This document shows positions 1 through 11,867 of a stretch of DNA of 64,000 nt, piece by piece. Position 1 is the stretch's first letter. Each line of letters begins with the position of its first letter. A program made the position numbers and the translations under genes. The stretch lies in the NCBI GenBank assembly GCA_018714345.1, contig DVNO01000006.1, positions 7,233-71,232 of the forward strand, written 5' to 3'. Below the pieces are notes generated by a model. That model was not told where the DNA came from. It made no database searches and saw nothing but the letters and a program-made list of their open reading frames with translations. Source of the stretch: Candidatus Enterousia avicola (GTDB taxonomy: Bacteria; Pseudomonadota; Alphaproteobacteria; Rs-D84).

Positions 1-219
1 AAACGCAACCATATTACCTTCGTCGTATGCGCCAAATGCAAAATTTAATCTACGGCTAAGCCAACCAGAAACAAAATCTTCCAAGGCTATTTCATAATCT
101 TTTTTGTTCATCCTGCTGCCTGTAACATGAAACGTCGCGGCATTTCTAATATGCAAAAAATCTTCCCAAACCGGGGCCTTGGCTTGATCAAAAATCGGTG
201 CAATTAAAACATCTTTCAT
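1..219 (-). CDS. 5' part of an unassigned CDS running off the left edge
   Basis: ATG at 219-217 opens an uninterrupted minus-strand frame to position 1 (MKDVLIAPIFDQAKAPVWEDFLHIRN...). It is absent from the ORF track because no stop lies in the window. No family recognised. Confidence 0.35.
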   Translation of the reverse strand, partial: MKDVLIAPIFDQAKAPVWEDFLHIRNAATFHVTGSRMNKKDYEIALEDFVSGWLSRRLNFAFGAYDEGNMVAF

Positions 220-254
220 AACAGTCAGCAGACTAGTACAAAATATTTGTTTTG

Positions 255-1004
255 TCAATTTATTTTATCATCCAACGAAAAATCTATTGTTAAACCATTT
301 AGGCTGTCATGTGTTGCCCCAGGGACAACAATAACGTTTTTACCTTTCGTCATTTCGTTTATAAGGGACAATGGCACAATTTCATCGTATTCTGCCACAT
401 AATGAAGCTGCGGCACATTCGGCAATTCGTCAAGGTCTAGCGACTGTGACAGTGGACTATCTCCAAAATATTCTGTCCACATTTTGTGATTTAAAACCCC
501 CGCCACAGTAATCCACTTTACCACATTCAAATCTGAGTTATTTTTTATTACAAGTCCAGATACCATCGCCCCACCAGAATATCCTATTAAAATAATCTGT
601 TTGTTTTTTGCTATTTTTCTTATGGCCTCGGACATTGATTCGATTATTTTGTAAGAAAACCTGCCATCTGTCCAATCTGATACATTACAGCCTTTGGACA
701 TTATAAATTGACATGGTCGTGCCATATAAACAACATTAGCCCAACTGTCATGTACGGCTAAGTTTTGTAAAAAATCATTATTAGGTGTCGGGTCGGACGT
801 TGGTCGCCCCATTGCATCAAACGAATTGCCATCACCTTCGATATAAATATGTATAGGCGAATCAACATCAGTAATCTTTTGCCACGTAGCTATATCGAAA
901 TATTTCGTTGAAATAACCTGATATGTAAAAGAATCAGACTTTAAATCATAAAACGTGCACCCTGTGATACAAAACAACAGAAATAAACCAAGCAGCCTTC
1001 TCAT
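255..1004 (-). CDS. Lipoprotein, alpha/beta-hydrolase fold (VirJ/AcvB-like GYSxGA nucleophile elbow)
   Basis: In-frame ATG at 1004 gives MRRLLGLFLLFCITGC with a lipobox (ITG-C). LIGYSGGAMVSG matches the serine-hydrolase GxSxG elbow. The upstream IYIEGDG...LIGYSGGA pattern resembles the VirJ domain. The track start at 1043 is a TTG and less likely. Confidence 0.6.
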   Translation of the reverse strand: MRRLLGLFLLFCITGCTFYDLKSDSFTYQVISTKYFDIATWQKITDVDSPIHIYIEGDGNSFDAMGRPTSDPTPNNDFLQNLAVHDSWANVVYMARPCQFIMSKGCNVSDWTDGRFSYKIIESMSEAIRKIAKNKQIILIGYSGGAMVSGLVIKNNSDLNVVKWITVAGVLNHKMWTEYFGDSPLSQSLDLDELPNVPQLHYVAEYDEIVPLSLINEMTKGKNVIVVPGATHDSLNGLTIDFSLDDKIN

Positions 1005-1072
1005 AACAATACAAATAATAATCACGATGTCCAATCTGGTCAAACCACATTTTTAATTTTTGACAAATATAC

Positions 1073-1100
1073 TTGACAAATATATTTTTTTGGCTATATT
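1073..1100 (+). promoter_or_regulatory. Sigma70-like promoter for 1127..1897
   Basis: TTGACA (1073-1078), 16-nt spacer, TATATT (1095-1100). The -35 box sits in a tandem 13-nt duplication (ttgacaaatatac/ttgacaaatatat, 1060-1085). SD aaaggtgag precedes the ATG at 1127. Confidence 0.5.
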
Positions 1101-1126
1101 AACAGTAATCAAATAAAGGTGAGACT

Positions 1127-1897
1127 ATGTTTAAAGCATTAAAAATGAAATTAGCAGCGCGTCATATAAACCAAAAGAATGCCGCAAAGAAACGTTCTAA
1201 AAAAGCTGTCAGTAAAAATTCTTTTTGGGGACGTGTTTATGATGTCATAAAAAAGCCTTTCATATTTATTGCAAAATGCCTCCGTCGATTCTGGTCATGG
1301 GTTCGCAGCATAGATTTAATTGGATTGGTTAACATAACTCTTCTTTCATCAATAATTGTTTTGTTTTCTATGCTTATAATTGACTTAACAGGCATAAATA
1401 ATAAACCAGTGGTAATAATAGCCAATAATTCATCCGCAACTTCTCAACAAGTTCAAGTTTCAAACAACAGCGCACCAAGGGCTGTTCGTGAAAGGATATC
1501 CAATAACCTTAATACGCTGCCATTAAAGCGTGACTCACAACGCCAATATATTGGCAAAACAATTAATGTTACTAACGTAGCACCAGACAAAGTTGCCGTT
1601 AAACAAACTGCACGTGTCAGCAATGTAATGTACGGTGACGTGATAATTGACAGTCGTGGTGCTGCGACAATGATAAAGGCCGGCGACGTCATTAAAGGCA
1701 ATTTATTCTTGCAACACATGAGAAAATATACATTGCCTTGCGGTGTCCGCATCGAAGGAGACTTATACTTGCGCGACATGGGATTGTTACAGTTTGCTGG
1801 CGAATTTACAGTAACTGGGAATATATATGTAACACCGAACTCATCTTTTGGCCCATTACCAGGCACTGCACGTATAGGCGGTCAAGTAATCCTGTAA
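1127..1897 (+). CDS. Bitopic membrane protein, unknown function
   Basis: Basic N-terminus, one TM segment (LIGLVNITLLSSIIVLFSMLIIDL). The C-terminal ~100 aa has a periodic G-D/N-hydrophobic pattern (GDVIIDS..AGDVIKGNLFL..IEGDLYL..VTGNIYV) suggesting a beta-helix-like repeat. Followed by an intrinsic terminator. Confidence 0.5.
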   Translation: MFKALKMKLAARHINQKNAAKKRSKKAVSKNSFWGRVYDVIKKPFIFIAKCLRRFWSWVRSIDLIGLVNITLLSSIIVLFSMLIIDLTGINNKPVVIIANNSSATSQQVQVSNNSAPRAVRERISNNLNTLPLKRDSQRQYIGKTINVTNVAPDKVAVKQTARVSNVMYGDVIIDSRGAATMIKAGDVIKGNLFLQHMRKYTLPCGVRIEGDLYLRDMGLLQFAGEFTVTGNIYVTPNSSFGPLPGTARIGGQVIL

Positions 1898-1920
1898 AGT
1901 AATTCCCGCACTTAAACTAA

Positions 1921-1946
1921 CGGTTGCGAAAAAGCAACCGTTTTTT
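1921..1946 (+). terminator. Rho-independent terminator
   Basis: cggttgc-gaaaaa-gcaaccg hairpin followed by T6. Confidence 0.75.
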
Positions 1947-2002
1947 GTAGATTTTTTTATAAAAATATGATATAATTGTACCGTCCACGAAAAGGGAGAA
2001 AA

Positions 2003-2272
2003 ATGAATACGTTTGATAAAATTTTGGGCGTTTTCGGAAAGAATCTGGGCTACACAATTATATTAATCTTGGCGATTATATTTTTTGCGTTTTTCTCAGA
2101 TGGTTTAATTTACGGCTTGATTACAGCATTTAGTGCGGTTGTTGCATATACTTGCATCGTTATGCTGTACAAAGAATTCAAAAAAGAATTCAGCGGTAAA
2201 AAAAACGTTGCAACTTCAGAAAAGAAAGCACCCGTAAAGAAAGCTACAAAAAAGAAAGCTTCTAAAAAATAA
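2003..2272 (+). CDS. Small two-TM membrane protein with Lys-rich tail
   Basis: ATG at 2003 preceded by SD aaagggag. MNTFDKILG..., two hydrophobic helices, tail KKAPVKKATKKKASKK. The track start at 1976 lacks an SD. Confidence 0.5.
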   Translation: MNTFDKILGVFGKNLGYTIILILAIIFFAFFSDGLIYGLITAFSAVVAYTCIVMLYKEFKKEFSGKKNVATSEKKAPVKKATKKKASKK

Positions 2273-2276
2273 CCAT

Positions 2277-2307
2277 TAAAAAAACCGCCGAAATGGCGGT
2301 TTTTTTT
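2277..2307. terminator. Bidirectional intrinsic terminator
   Basis: A-run, accgcc-gaaat-ggcggt hairpin, T7. It sits between convergent genes, and the secG stop codon abuts it. Confidence 0.75.
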
Positions 2308-2665
2308 ATTTAGTTTCTGGAATGGACGGGATACTTTCCGGTTCTACTCCGTCAGTTGGCAAAACCGACTGAGCTGTCGCATCACCCTGCTCTACCAATT
2401 CCTGACGCAACTCACTTCCCTGCTTTGCCATATCAGACTTCGATGCAACCAAAGCCAACAATGCACACAATATGAAGAATATCGTCGCCAACCAAGCAGT
2501 CGCACGTGTTAAAAAGTTACCCGCAGCAGCACCAGTTAACGCCCCACCGAACATAGATGCGGCAGAAGAACCAGACATACCACTGCCCTCTGATTTTTGA
2601 AGCAAAATCAATCCAATCATTAATACTGATACAATTATTAATAAAACTAATAGTAAGGTAAACAT
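2306..2665 (-). CDS. secG: Preprotein translocase subunit SecG
   Basis: Two TM helices flank the Gly/Ser-rich loop LLQKSEGSGMSGSSAASMFGG, typical of SecG. SD aaagga lies before the ATG. Confidence 0.85.
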   Translation of the reverse strand: MFTLLLVLLIIVSVLMIGLILLQKSEGSGMSGSSAASMFGGALTGAAAGNFLTRATAWLATIFFILCALLALVASKSDMAKQGSELRQELVEQGDATAQSVLPTDGVEPESIPSIPETK

Positions 2666-2707
2666 TAATTCGTCCTTTGTTTTGCGCTAATTCTATACGT
2701 CAAAAGC

Positions 2708-3340
2708 CTAAATTGCAAGGACTTTCAACAACTCTTCCGCGGCGGCGATACTTGCCGCTTTCTTAGATGAACCACTTCCAAAAGCAGATTTGCCCAGCGC
2801 AGTCACTTTAACATTAAATACAGGCTTATGCGATGCGCCCGTAACATCCAAATATTCGTATACTGGTAACGCACCAGCCGCCGATTTCTGCACTAATTCT
2901 TGTAACGCTGTTTTAGCATCTTTTGGAACAGTTAATTCAGCTTCTGCTAACGAACGCCATTTCTCTACAATTATGTCTTTTACAATATCAAAACCAGCAT
3001 CAAGGAATATGGCACCTAAAACAGCCTCCATCGCATCTGCATACATATGTTGCATGCGCCCCGCCGTCATGTGTCCATGACGGATAAGTTTATCTACACC
3101 AAAATCCTGGGCAACCATAGCCAATGTCTCGGTAGATACCAGTGTTGCATGGCGACGTGCCAAGTCCCCTTCTTGTTCTGACGGGAACATCTCGTACAAC
3201 AGTACAGCCACAGATAAACCTAGGACCCTGTCACCAATAAACTCTAATCTCTCGTTATTATGTTTAGAATCAACACCACTTTGCGTTAACGCCAGCTCTA
3301 ACAACTTTGGATCTTTAAAATCATAATTTATTTTTAACAA
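2708..3340 (-). CDS. rnc: Ribonuclease III
   Basis: NERLEFIGDRVLG signature, C-terminal dsRBD-like region, lepB-rnc adjacency. TTG start according to the track. Confidence 0.9.
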   Translation of the reverse strand: MLKINYDFKDPKLLELALTQSGVDSKHNNERLEFIGDRVLGLSVAVLLYEMFPSEQEGDLARRHATLVSTETLAMVAQDFGVDKLIRHGHMTAGRMQHMYADAMEAVLGAIFLDAGFDIVKDIIVEKWRSLAEAELTVPKDAKTALQELVQKSAAGALPVYEYLDVTGASHKPVFNVKVTALGKSAFGSGSSKKAASIAAAEELLKVLAI

Positions 3341-3341
3341 T

Positions 3342-4238
3342 TTATTTTATCCCCATTCCAAATCTATCCCAACGCATCTTATTTCCCCAATTCCAAACAG
3401 AAATCATAGGAGAATAATAATTATGAGAATACCATATAAACCATGCAGGTCCTAAAACATTATCCCGCGGAACGTAACCGATGTCTGCACGACTGTCACC
3501 ACTATTGTCTCGATTGTCACCCATAAAGAAATAATGGTCTTCAGGTACAGTAAACATCATCGTATTATCCAAAGGCGCATCATCTGACATTTCCACTATA
3601 CTGTGCTTTACCCCATTGGGCAACGTTTCTGTATATTCTGTACCTTCAAACACACCACAAGCCCAATCATTCATGCGGCAAAACTTATCATCTTTATATT
3701 CAATAGTGTAATTAAATTCGGCAGGTTTATTGTCTACCCATATTTTATTGCCTTTTATCATCATATTCTTTTCAGGTATGTGATAGCCTGCACTTCGCAA
3801 AGCCTTTGGCAAAGTAGCAATCACATATGGACGTGGGTCTTCACGCGGAACCATTTCCCCGTTTATATAAAGCCGTCCAGATACCATTTGAACTGTATCA
3901 CCAGGTTTAGCAATCAATCGCTTTATATAATCTTGTGATTCATTTATTGGATTGCGAAAAACAATTACATCACCAACCTGTGGTTCATCCCCCCAAAAGC
4001 GACCATCCCATAAATGCCACGAACCAAAAGGAAAAGAATAACGAGAATACCCATAAGGCCATTTTTCAACAAAAATATGATCCCCAACGTGCAACGTAGG
4101 TATCATAGAACCCGATGGAATATTGAATGGCTCTAATAAGAAACTACGGAAAGCAATTGCTATCAAAGCACCATAAAATATCGTATTAAACCAATCACGC
4201 GCAACATTAGATTTCTTGTTAAGTGGCATCTTTTTCAC
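3342..4238 (-). CDS. lepB: Signal peptidase I
   Basis: PSGSMIPTL (catalytic Ser box) and GDNRDNSGDSR box. N-terminal TM. GTG start. Confidence 0.9.
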   Translation of the reverse strand: MKKMPLNKKSNVARDWFNTIFYGALIAIAFRSFLLEPFNIPSGSMIPTLHVGDHIFVEKWPYGYSRYSFPFGSWHLWDGRFWGDEPQVGDVIVFRNPINESQDYIKRLIAKPGDTVQMVSGRLYINGEMVPREDPRPYVIATLPKALRSAGYHIPEKNMMIKGNKIWVDNKPAEFNYTIEYKDDKFCRMNDWACGVFEGTEYTETLPNGVKHSIVEMSDDAPLDNTMMFTVPEDHYFFMGDNRDNSGDSRADIGYVPRDNVLGPAWFIWYSHNYYSPMISVWNWGNKMRWDRFGMGIK

Positions 4239-4298
4239 CTTTTTATCGGCTACATTTTATAACTTGAATTGATTTAGCGCAAGTTTTAATATACACAT

Positions 4299-5819
4299 AT
4301 GATTTCTTTGAATTCTATCATATTTAATGGAATGGACGCTATACCAATTGATGTACAGGTACAGCTATCTTCTGGGCTCGCAAAACCAGAGTTCAATATT
4401 ATAGGTCTGGCCGATCGCGCAGTAAAAGAATCCGCTGAAAGAATTCGAAATGTATTATCTGCATTAAATCTGTCACTACCCCCAAAGAAACTTACTGTTA
4501 ACCTGTCCCCGGCAGACGTAGAAAAAACGGGTTCTCATTTTGACCTGCCTATTCTGTGCGGAATATTGTGTGCACTTGGGGTGTTACCAGAAAAAGACTT
4601 AACTAATTTTGTAATTGTTGGTGAAGTCGGATTAAATGGCACGATAGTAAAAACCAATGGTGTTTTACCTGCTAGTGTCTGGGCTAACCAACACAGTATG
4701 GGAATAATATGCCCTGGCGAGCAAGGTTCAGAAGCCCGTTGGGCCGGTCACTCTAATATTTTAGCTCCCTCTCACGTACTGGAACTAATAAATCACTTCA
4801 AGGGAACTCAGATTTTACCAATTCCGTCTGTTGCTAAAATAGAAGACGCCCAAACATCTAATCTCGACATGTCAGAAGTGCACGGTCAATCCGCAGCAAA
4901 GCGCGCCTTGGAAATAGCGGCCGCTGGTGGGCATGCAATGCTAATGGTCGGTCCCCCAGGCTCTGGTAAAACTATGTTGGCATCACGGTTGCCAACTATA
5001 CTTCCAGAAATGACACCAGAAGAAATACTTGAAACGTCCATCATATATTCAATTGCTGGTCAATTAAATGACAAATCTCTTATAACCACGCGACCGTTTC
5101 GTAGTGTACACCACACGTCAAGTGCTGTATCGTTGGCAGGCGGCGGAACAGACGCACGCCCCGGGGAAATATCGTTGGCGCACAATGGTGTCTTGTTTTT
5201 AGATGAATTGCCAGAATTTAACCGCGCAACACTTGAAATTCTTCGTCAACCTATGGAAGCCGGAAAAATTATGGTTGCAAGGGCCAAGCGAACCGCTACT
5301 TACCCAGCAAGATTTCAACTTATCGCCGCAATGAATCCGTGTCCATGCGGACATTTGGGTAATGCAGCCCTTTCTTGCTCTCGTGCACCAAGATGTGCAG
5401 AGGCATATCAAAATAAAATATCTGGCCCACTATTGGATAGAATAGATTTACATGTCGAAGTAGATGCTGTTAAACCTTGGGAAATGAATGCTGGTTCGGA
5501 AGAGCCATGCGAAACCAGTGCGCAAATTCGTGCGCGTGTAGTATTGGCACGGGAAAAGCAAATAAAACGACAGGGCAAGCCAAACGCTTTGTTAGACGGT
5601 GCAGAACTAGATAAATTCGTAGTCTTGAATGAAGAGCAAACAAATTTTTTAAACACCGCCGCAGAAAAAATGGGGCTGTCCGCCCGCGGTTACAATCGTA
5701 TAAAACGCCTGGCACGAACAATCGCCGATTTACGCAATTCGGAGGATATATCTATGTCTGATTTAACTGAGGCGTTATCTTACAGGCCTATCAATCGTGG
5801 GAAATATGGTGTAAAATAA
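4299..5819 (+). CDS. comM: YifB/ComM family Mg-chelatase-like AAA+ ATPase
   Basis: Walker A GPPGSGKTM, Walker B VLFLDELPEF. N-terminal Lon-protease-like domain and C-terminal ChlI-type tail. Confidence 0.9.
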   Translation: MISLNSIIFNGMDAIPIDVQVQLSSGLAKPEFNIIGLADRAVKESAERIRNVLSALNLSLPPKKLTVNLSPADVEKTGSHFDLPILCGILCALGVLPEKDLTNFVIVGEVGLNGTIVKTNGVLPASVWANQHSMGIICPGEQGSEARWAGHSNILAPSHVLELINHFKGTQILPIPSVAKIEDAQTSNLDMSEVHGQSAAKRALEIAAAGGHAMLMVGPPGSGKTMLASRLPTILPEMTPEEILETSIIYSIAGQLNDKSLITTRPFRSVHHTSSAVSLAGGGTDARPGEISLAHNGVLFLDELPEFNRATLEILRQPMEAGKIMVARAKRTATYPARFQLIAAMNPCPCGHLGNAALSCSRAPRCAEAYQNKISGPLLDRIDLHVEVDAVKPWEMNAGSEEPCETSAQIRARVVLAREKQIKRQGKPNALLDGAELDKFVVLNEEQTNFLNTAAEKMGLSARGYNRIKRLARTIADLRNSEDISMSDLTEALSYRPINRGKYGVK

Positions 5820-5842
5820 AAACCGCGAACCGCGGTTTTTTA
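5817..5842. terminator. Bidirectional intrinsic terminator
   Basis: aaaa-ccgcg-aac-cgcgg-tttttt between convergent genes. Confidence 0.7.
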
Positions 5843-6823
5843 TTAAAACTCGAACCTGACACTAAGCATTATATTGGCATAGATATTATTTTCCGCACTA
5901 AACCAATCACGGTGCTGACTTCCGTCTTCATTGCTTAATGCCCAACGAATTCTTGGTATATACGCCAAACGCGCACCAATATCAAAGAACATATTTTCTG
6001 TTATTCCATAAGACACGCCCAAGGCCACCAGCCCCGCCACGTTACCTGAGCTTAATTCAGAGCGGTAAAATTCTATTACTGAATCCGATTGTTCCTTTGC
6101 CCCATATGGCAACAATTCATATATACCCGAAAGATCCCCATACGGATCAGATAGTTGCAACGTTGTTTTTATATCGGCATAACCCATTCCAAAACCAACA
6201 TAAGGAATTGCTTGGCGCATAGGTTTTTGCAAGCCATCATAAAAATCATAAAACGCCATCACGCTGATAATATCAGTTTCAACTTTTGACTGAACCGCAC
6301 CACTAGAAATTCTGGCGATTCCACCACTTGCCTGACCACCAAATAATTCAGCTTCACCATCAACAAATGGGGACGCATTATATTCACTTTCGGCAATATG
6401 ATCCCAACCTAATTCCAAGCGCCATTGTGGTGTGTATGGGACCGTCCAACCTAAACTTGCACCCGCAGCAAATCCAAACGATTCAAAATCTTTTGTTGCA
6501 GGTAAACTGCCTAAATTCACATATCCAGCAGGAACAAAGTCCCCACATTCCCCACGGTCTGTACATTGATAATACCCCAATTCAGACATTATTGTACTGC
6601 CATCAGGGCTCATATAATACAATGGGGTCAATTCACCTATTTCATTTTTTATGGTACCAAAGCCAAATGAAGCACCACCGCGAACAGAAACTACAAAGCG
6701 GCTGCCATCGTCTTGATAAGAACCTTCGCCTACATAATAACCCGCATACTCCCAATTAGCAGATGCGGCACCAAAAACAAGGCATGATAAAAACGGTAAT
6801 AAAAAAAGGTTCCTACTTCTCAT
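5843..6823 (-). CDS. Outer-membrane beta-barrel protein (porin-family-like)
   Basis: ATG at 6823 gives the signal peptide MRSRNLFLLPFLSCLVFGAASA. Alternating amphipathic strands rich in G/Y/F. C-terminal ...SVRFEF ends in Phe, the OMP sorting signature. Confidence 0.7.
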   Translation of the reverse strand: MRSRNLFLLPFLSCLVFGAASANWEYAGYYVGEGSYQDDGSRFVVSVRGGASFGFGTIKNEIGELTPLYYMSPDGSTIMSELGYYQCTDRGECGDFVPAGYVNLGSLPATKDFESFGFAAGASLGWTVPYTPQWRLELGWDHIAESEYNASPFVDGEAELFGGQASGGIARISSGAVQSKVETDIISVMAFYDFYDGLQKPMRQAIPYVGFGMGYADIKTTLQLSDPYGDLSGIYELLPYGAKEQSDSVIEFYRSELSSGNVAGLVALGVSYGITENMFFDIGARLAYIPRIRWALSNEDGSQHRDWFSAENNIYANIMLSVRFEF

Positions 6824-6907
6824 ACCCGATATTATATCACAAAATTCATTCAATAAAAACAGATTTTATACCACTTGTTTGGTCTTATAAAAGTGGACAT
6901 AAAATTT

Positions 6908-8680
6908 TCATTTCACAATATCATGAAAAATTTCTGCTGGTATTGTGCCCCCAGTAATTTTTGACGACATAGATGTAAAGTCATCCTTACCCATCCATAC
7001 ACCTATTATCAGGTTTCGCCACGCACCAACAAACCATGCATCTCTGTTAGCGTTACTCGTGCCAGTTTTCCCACCTAATACCCCAGGGGCCTCTGCACGA
7101 TGCCCTGTACCGCCAAGTTTTACCACATCTGCCAATAAATCCGTCATGTATTCAACCGTCTGAGGCATTAAAACCTGTAATGGTTCCGATGGATTACGTT
7201 GGTATATTATCCGCCCACTTGGATCTGTAATCTTTGTAATAGAATATGGACGCACAGAATAACCGTTGTTCCAAATAACAGCGTAAATAGTTGTTAAGTC
7301 CAGCAAAGACATCTCTGACGCGCCCAAAACCGTTGAATACTCGCGCCGCAATTTATTACCCACACCTAAACGCCCCGCCATGTCCAGAACAGCGTCTATT
7401 CCAAATTGTTCGGTTAATTTTAGTGGCACAGAATTTACGGATTTGGCAAAGGCTTTTGCCAATGTTATATCTCCGTAATATCTTTTGTTATAATTGTGCG
7501 GCGAATAATCACCAATTGAAAACGGAGAATCATTAACAAAGGACTCTGGTGTCATACCATTTTCTAACGCAACCAAATATACAACTGGCTTGAAAGAACT
7601 TCCCGGCTGTCTTAACGCCAACGCACGATTAAATTGGCTTTCCTGATAATTTGTCCCACCAACCATTGCCCGTACTGCACCGTCTGTCGTCATCGCAACA
7701 GATGCCCCCTGATATTCCCCGACCTTTTGTGGCAGTATATCGGCAATACGATCTTGTAAACTCATGTCTAGTGTGGTATACACATACATATCTGACTCAA
7801 AAGAACCAATGGTAGATTCTAGCTCATCTAAAACAAAGTCGGTCCAGTAACGGTATATATTTGTATTTGGTGCTGGAATGGCCGGCGAAAGCTCTTTCGC
7901 AGCAATTCTGGCCTGATTTATTGTTATATACCCTTGGCGCACCATTTCCTGCAATATTATGCGTGCACGTGCTATATTCTTATCTGGATTAACTAGCGGG
8001 CTATAAGTCGTAGGCGCTTTCAACATCGCCGCAATTTGTGCCGCCTGTGCAATTGACATCTTATTTGCACTTGTTTGAAACATAACCCTGGCAGCTGCAT
8101 CTATGCCACGCATTCCACCAACTAAAGAAACACGGTTCATATACAAGTCCAAAACTTGATTTTTATCAAATCTATTCTCTAGCCAATACGATAAAATTAA
8201 TTCTTGAACTTTTCGGGAAATCTTTTTTTCTCTGGATAAAAAGATATTTTTCGCCGTCTGCTGTGTAATAGACGACCCACCAGCCGCAAACCGACCATGT
8301 ATCAGATTAGACAACATTGCCCGCGTAATACCACGAATATCAATTGGACCATGTTCAAAAAATCTTTTGTCTTCTATTGCAACAATTGCCTGCCAAACGT
8401 ATGGTGGCAAAGTCTCAACTGACACAGGAGTTCCCATTATTCGATTAGAAGAACGAATTTCATTACCGTCTTTATCCAGAAATACAATCGCTGCAGGTCT
8501 TGTCTCGTGCAAAATTGCATCCAACGACGGCATCTGCAAGAATACTATTACAACGTATATTGCAACCGCAACAACACCAAGCAAAAACAAATCTACACAC
8601 CACATAAATATGCGTAACCAGCGTGGTGTTTCTGTCTTATTGCTTTTTAAAGCTTTTTCGTCTTCTTTCTTCCATAACAA
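6908..8680 (-). CDS. Class A penicillin-binding protein (glycosyltransferase GT51 plus transpeptidase)
   Basis: EDKRFFEHGPIDIRGITRA (GT51 motif). SSFKP (SxxK), SVN (SxN) and KTGTS (KTG). N-terminal TM anchor. TTG start 7 nt after SD aaggag. Confidence 0.85.
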   Translation of the reverse strand: MLWKKEDEKALKSNKTETPRWLRIFMWCVDLFLLGVVAVAIYVVIVFLQMPSLDAILHETRPAAIVFLDKDGNEIRSSNRIMGTPVSVETLPPYVWQAIVAIEDKRFFEHGPIDIRGITRAMLSNLIHGRFAAGGSSITQQTAKNIFLSREKKISRKVQELILSYWLENRFDKNQVLDLYMNRVSLVGGMRGIDAAARVMFQTSANKMSIAQAAQIAAMLKAPTTYSPLVNPDKNIARARIILQEMVRQGYITINQARIAAKELSPAIPAPNTNIYRYWTDFVLDELESTIGSFESDMYVYTTLDMSLQDRIADILPQKVGEYQGASVAMTTDGAVRAMVGGTNYQESQFNRALALRQPGSSFKPVVYLVALENGMTPESFVNDSPFSIGDYSPHNYNKRYYGDITLAKAFAKSVNSVPLKLTEQFGIDAVLDMAGRLGVGNKLRREYSTVLGASEMSLLDLTTIYAVIWNNGYSVRPYSITKITDPSGRIIYQRNPSEPLQVLMPQTVEYMTDLLADVVKLGGTGHRAEAPGVLGGKTGTSNANRDAWFVGAWRNLIIGVWMGKDDFTSMSSKITGGTIPAEIFHDIVK

Positions 8681-8778
8681 CTAAAAACTCCTTGCCTTGT
8701 TTTGAATTATATCATAAACGACTTGCGTCCTGCCATATTTTAAAACTATAATCAAAAAAGCAGAAAAAGGAAAGAGAG

Positions 8779-9382
8779 ATGAAAATTTTACCTGTTGTCG
8801 GACTTGCAACTTTATTTTTTCCAGCCATCGCAAACGCTTACTATGATTATGAACCTGTTAATCGCGATAATTACGTTGGTATAAGAATTCATAAAAATGA
8901 TAATATTGCTTTCAGGTTTGAAACGTCTAACGAAAACGGTACTACAATACGTGACGACAGTTTTGGAATCGGTGCATACGTTGGCAATCGTTTAACAAGT
9001 CACATAAAAATAGAATTTGAAACACTGTATAACAGTGGACGAGAAAAAAAGTACAATAACGATTTTAGCTTTAATGTGTGGTCCAACATGCTGAATTTGT
9101 ATGTGTATCAGCAAATTGAAAGTGCGGTTGAACCATATTTTGGCCTTGGCATCGGTGTATCTGGATTATGGGGCGATGTTTCAGGCGATATAAATTTATC
9201 TGATTCTACCGCTGATATGTCATGGTCTGCAATGCTGGGGGTTAACTTCGCTCTTAATTCCAGAATTGACTTAAATCTGGGCTTAAAATACCAAAACTAT
9301 GGCGATATAAAAATGGCAAATACAACAACAGAAATTGATGCAACAGAAATTTATATAGGCGCAGCTTATAAATTTGGTTTAT

Positions 9383-9384
<2 letters not shown>
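8779..9384 (+). CDS. Small outer-membrane beta-barrel protein (Omp25/OmpA-beta-barrel-like)
   Basis: Signal peptide ...FFPAIANA. About 8 amphipathic strands. Aromatic-rich C-terminal strand (IYIGAAYKFGL). Confidence 0.7.
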
Positions 9385-11441
<2,057 letters not shown>

Positions 11442-11476
11442 TCATAATACAATTGAAATATATTCAAATCAATCGA

Positions 11477-11722
11477 CTACGCTCTTCCCATATCCTGAGG
11501 AAAATATCTTGCAAAATCTGCCCAACTTGTGTTCGTAGCATTCATAATCTTGGCCAGACTGCCAACAGACATCCAATGCGGTTTGCCGTCTGCCCCTATA
11601 CGTTTGCTTTTATTTAAAGCAGTTATATCCATCCCGCTAATTTGGGCCAATCTAGAACATGAAATATTGTGTGCCGCAGCTAAGTTATCTATTGCTCGCC
11701 AAAACATATAATTGGTCAGCAT
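11477..11722 (-). CDS. Small helix-turn-helix (Cro/CI-XRE-like) protein
   Basis: 81 aa. AHNISCSRLAQISGMDITALNKSKR resembles an XRE-type HTH. No partner gene is adjacent. Confidence 0.5.
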   Translation of the reverse strand: MLTNYMFWRAIDNLAAAHNISCSRLAQISGMDITALNKSKRIGADGKPHWMSVGSLAKIMNATNTSWADFARYFPQDMGRA

Positions 11723-11825
11723 TTGCTCCTCCCTTTGTAATCCTATATTTTTTAAGATTATATTCTAATTATGATTGTATTCTTATTAAAAATCAATTAA
11801 AAATTATAAGAAAATATTCGTAACT

Positions 11826-11853
11826 AAAAAGCCCACCGTACGGTGGGCTTTTT
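11826..11853 (-). terminator. Intrinsic terminator after fabI
   Basis: gcccaccgtacggtgggc palindromic hairpin with T5 on the minus strand (and also on the plus strand). Confidence 0.75.
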
Positions 11854-11867
11854 CTGGTCAAAGGCTA

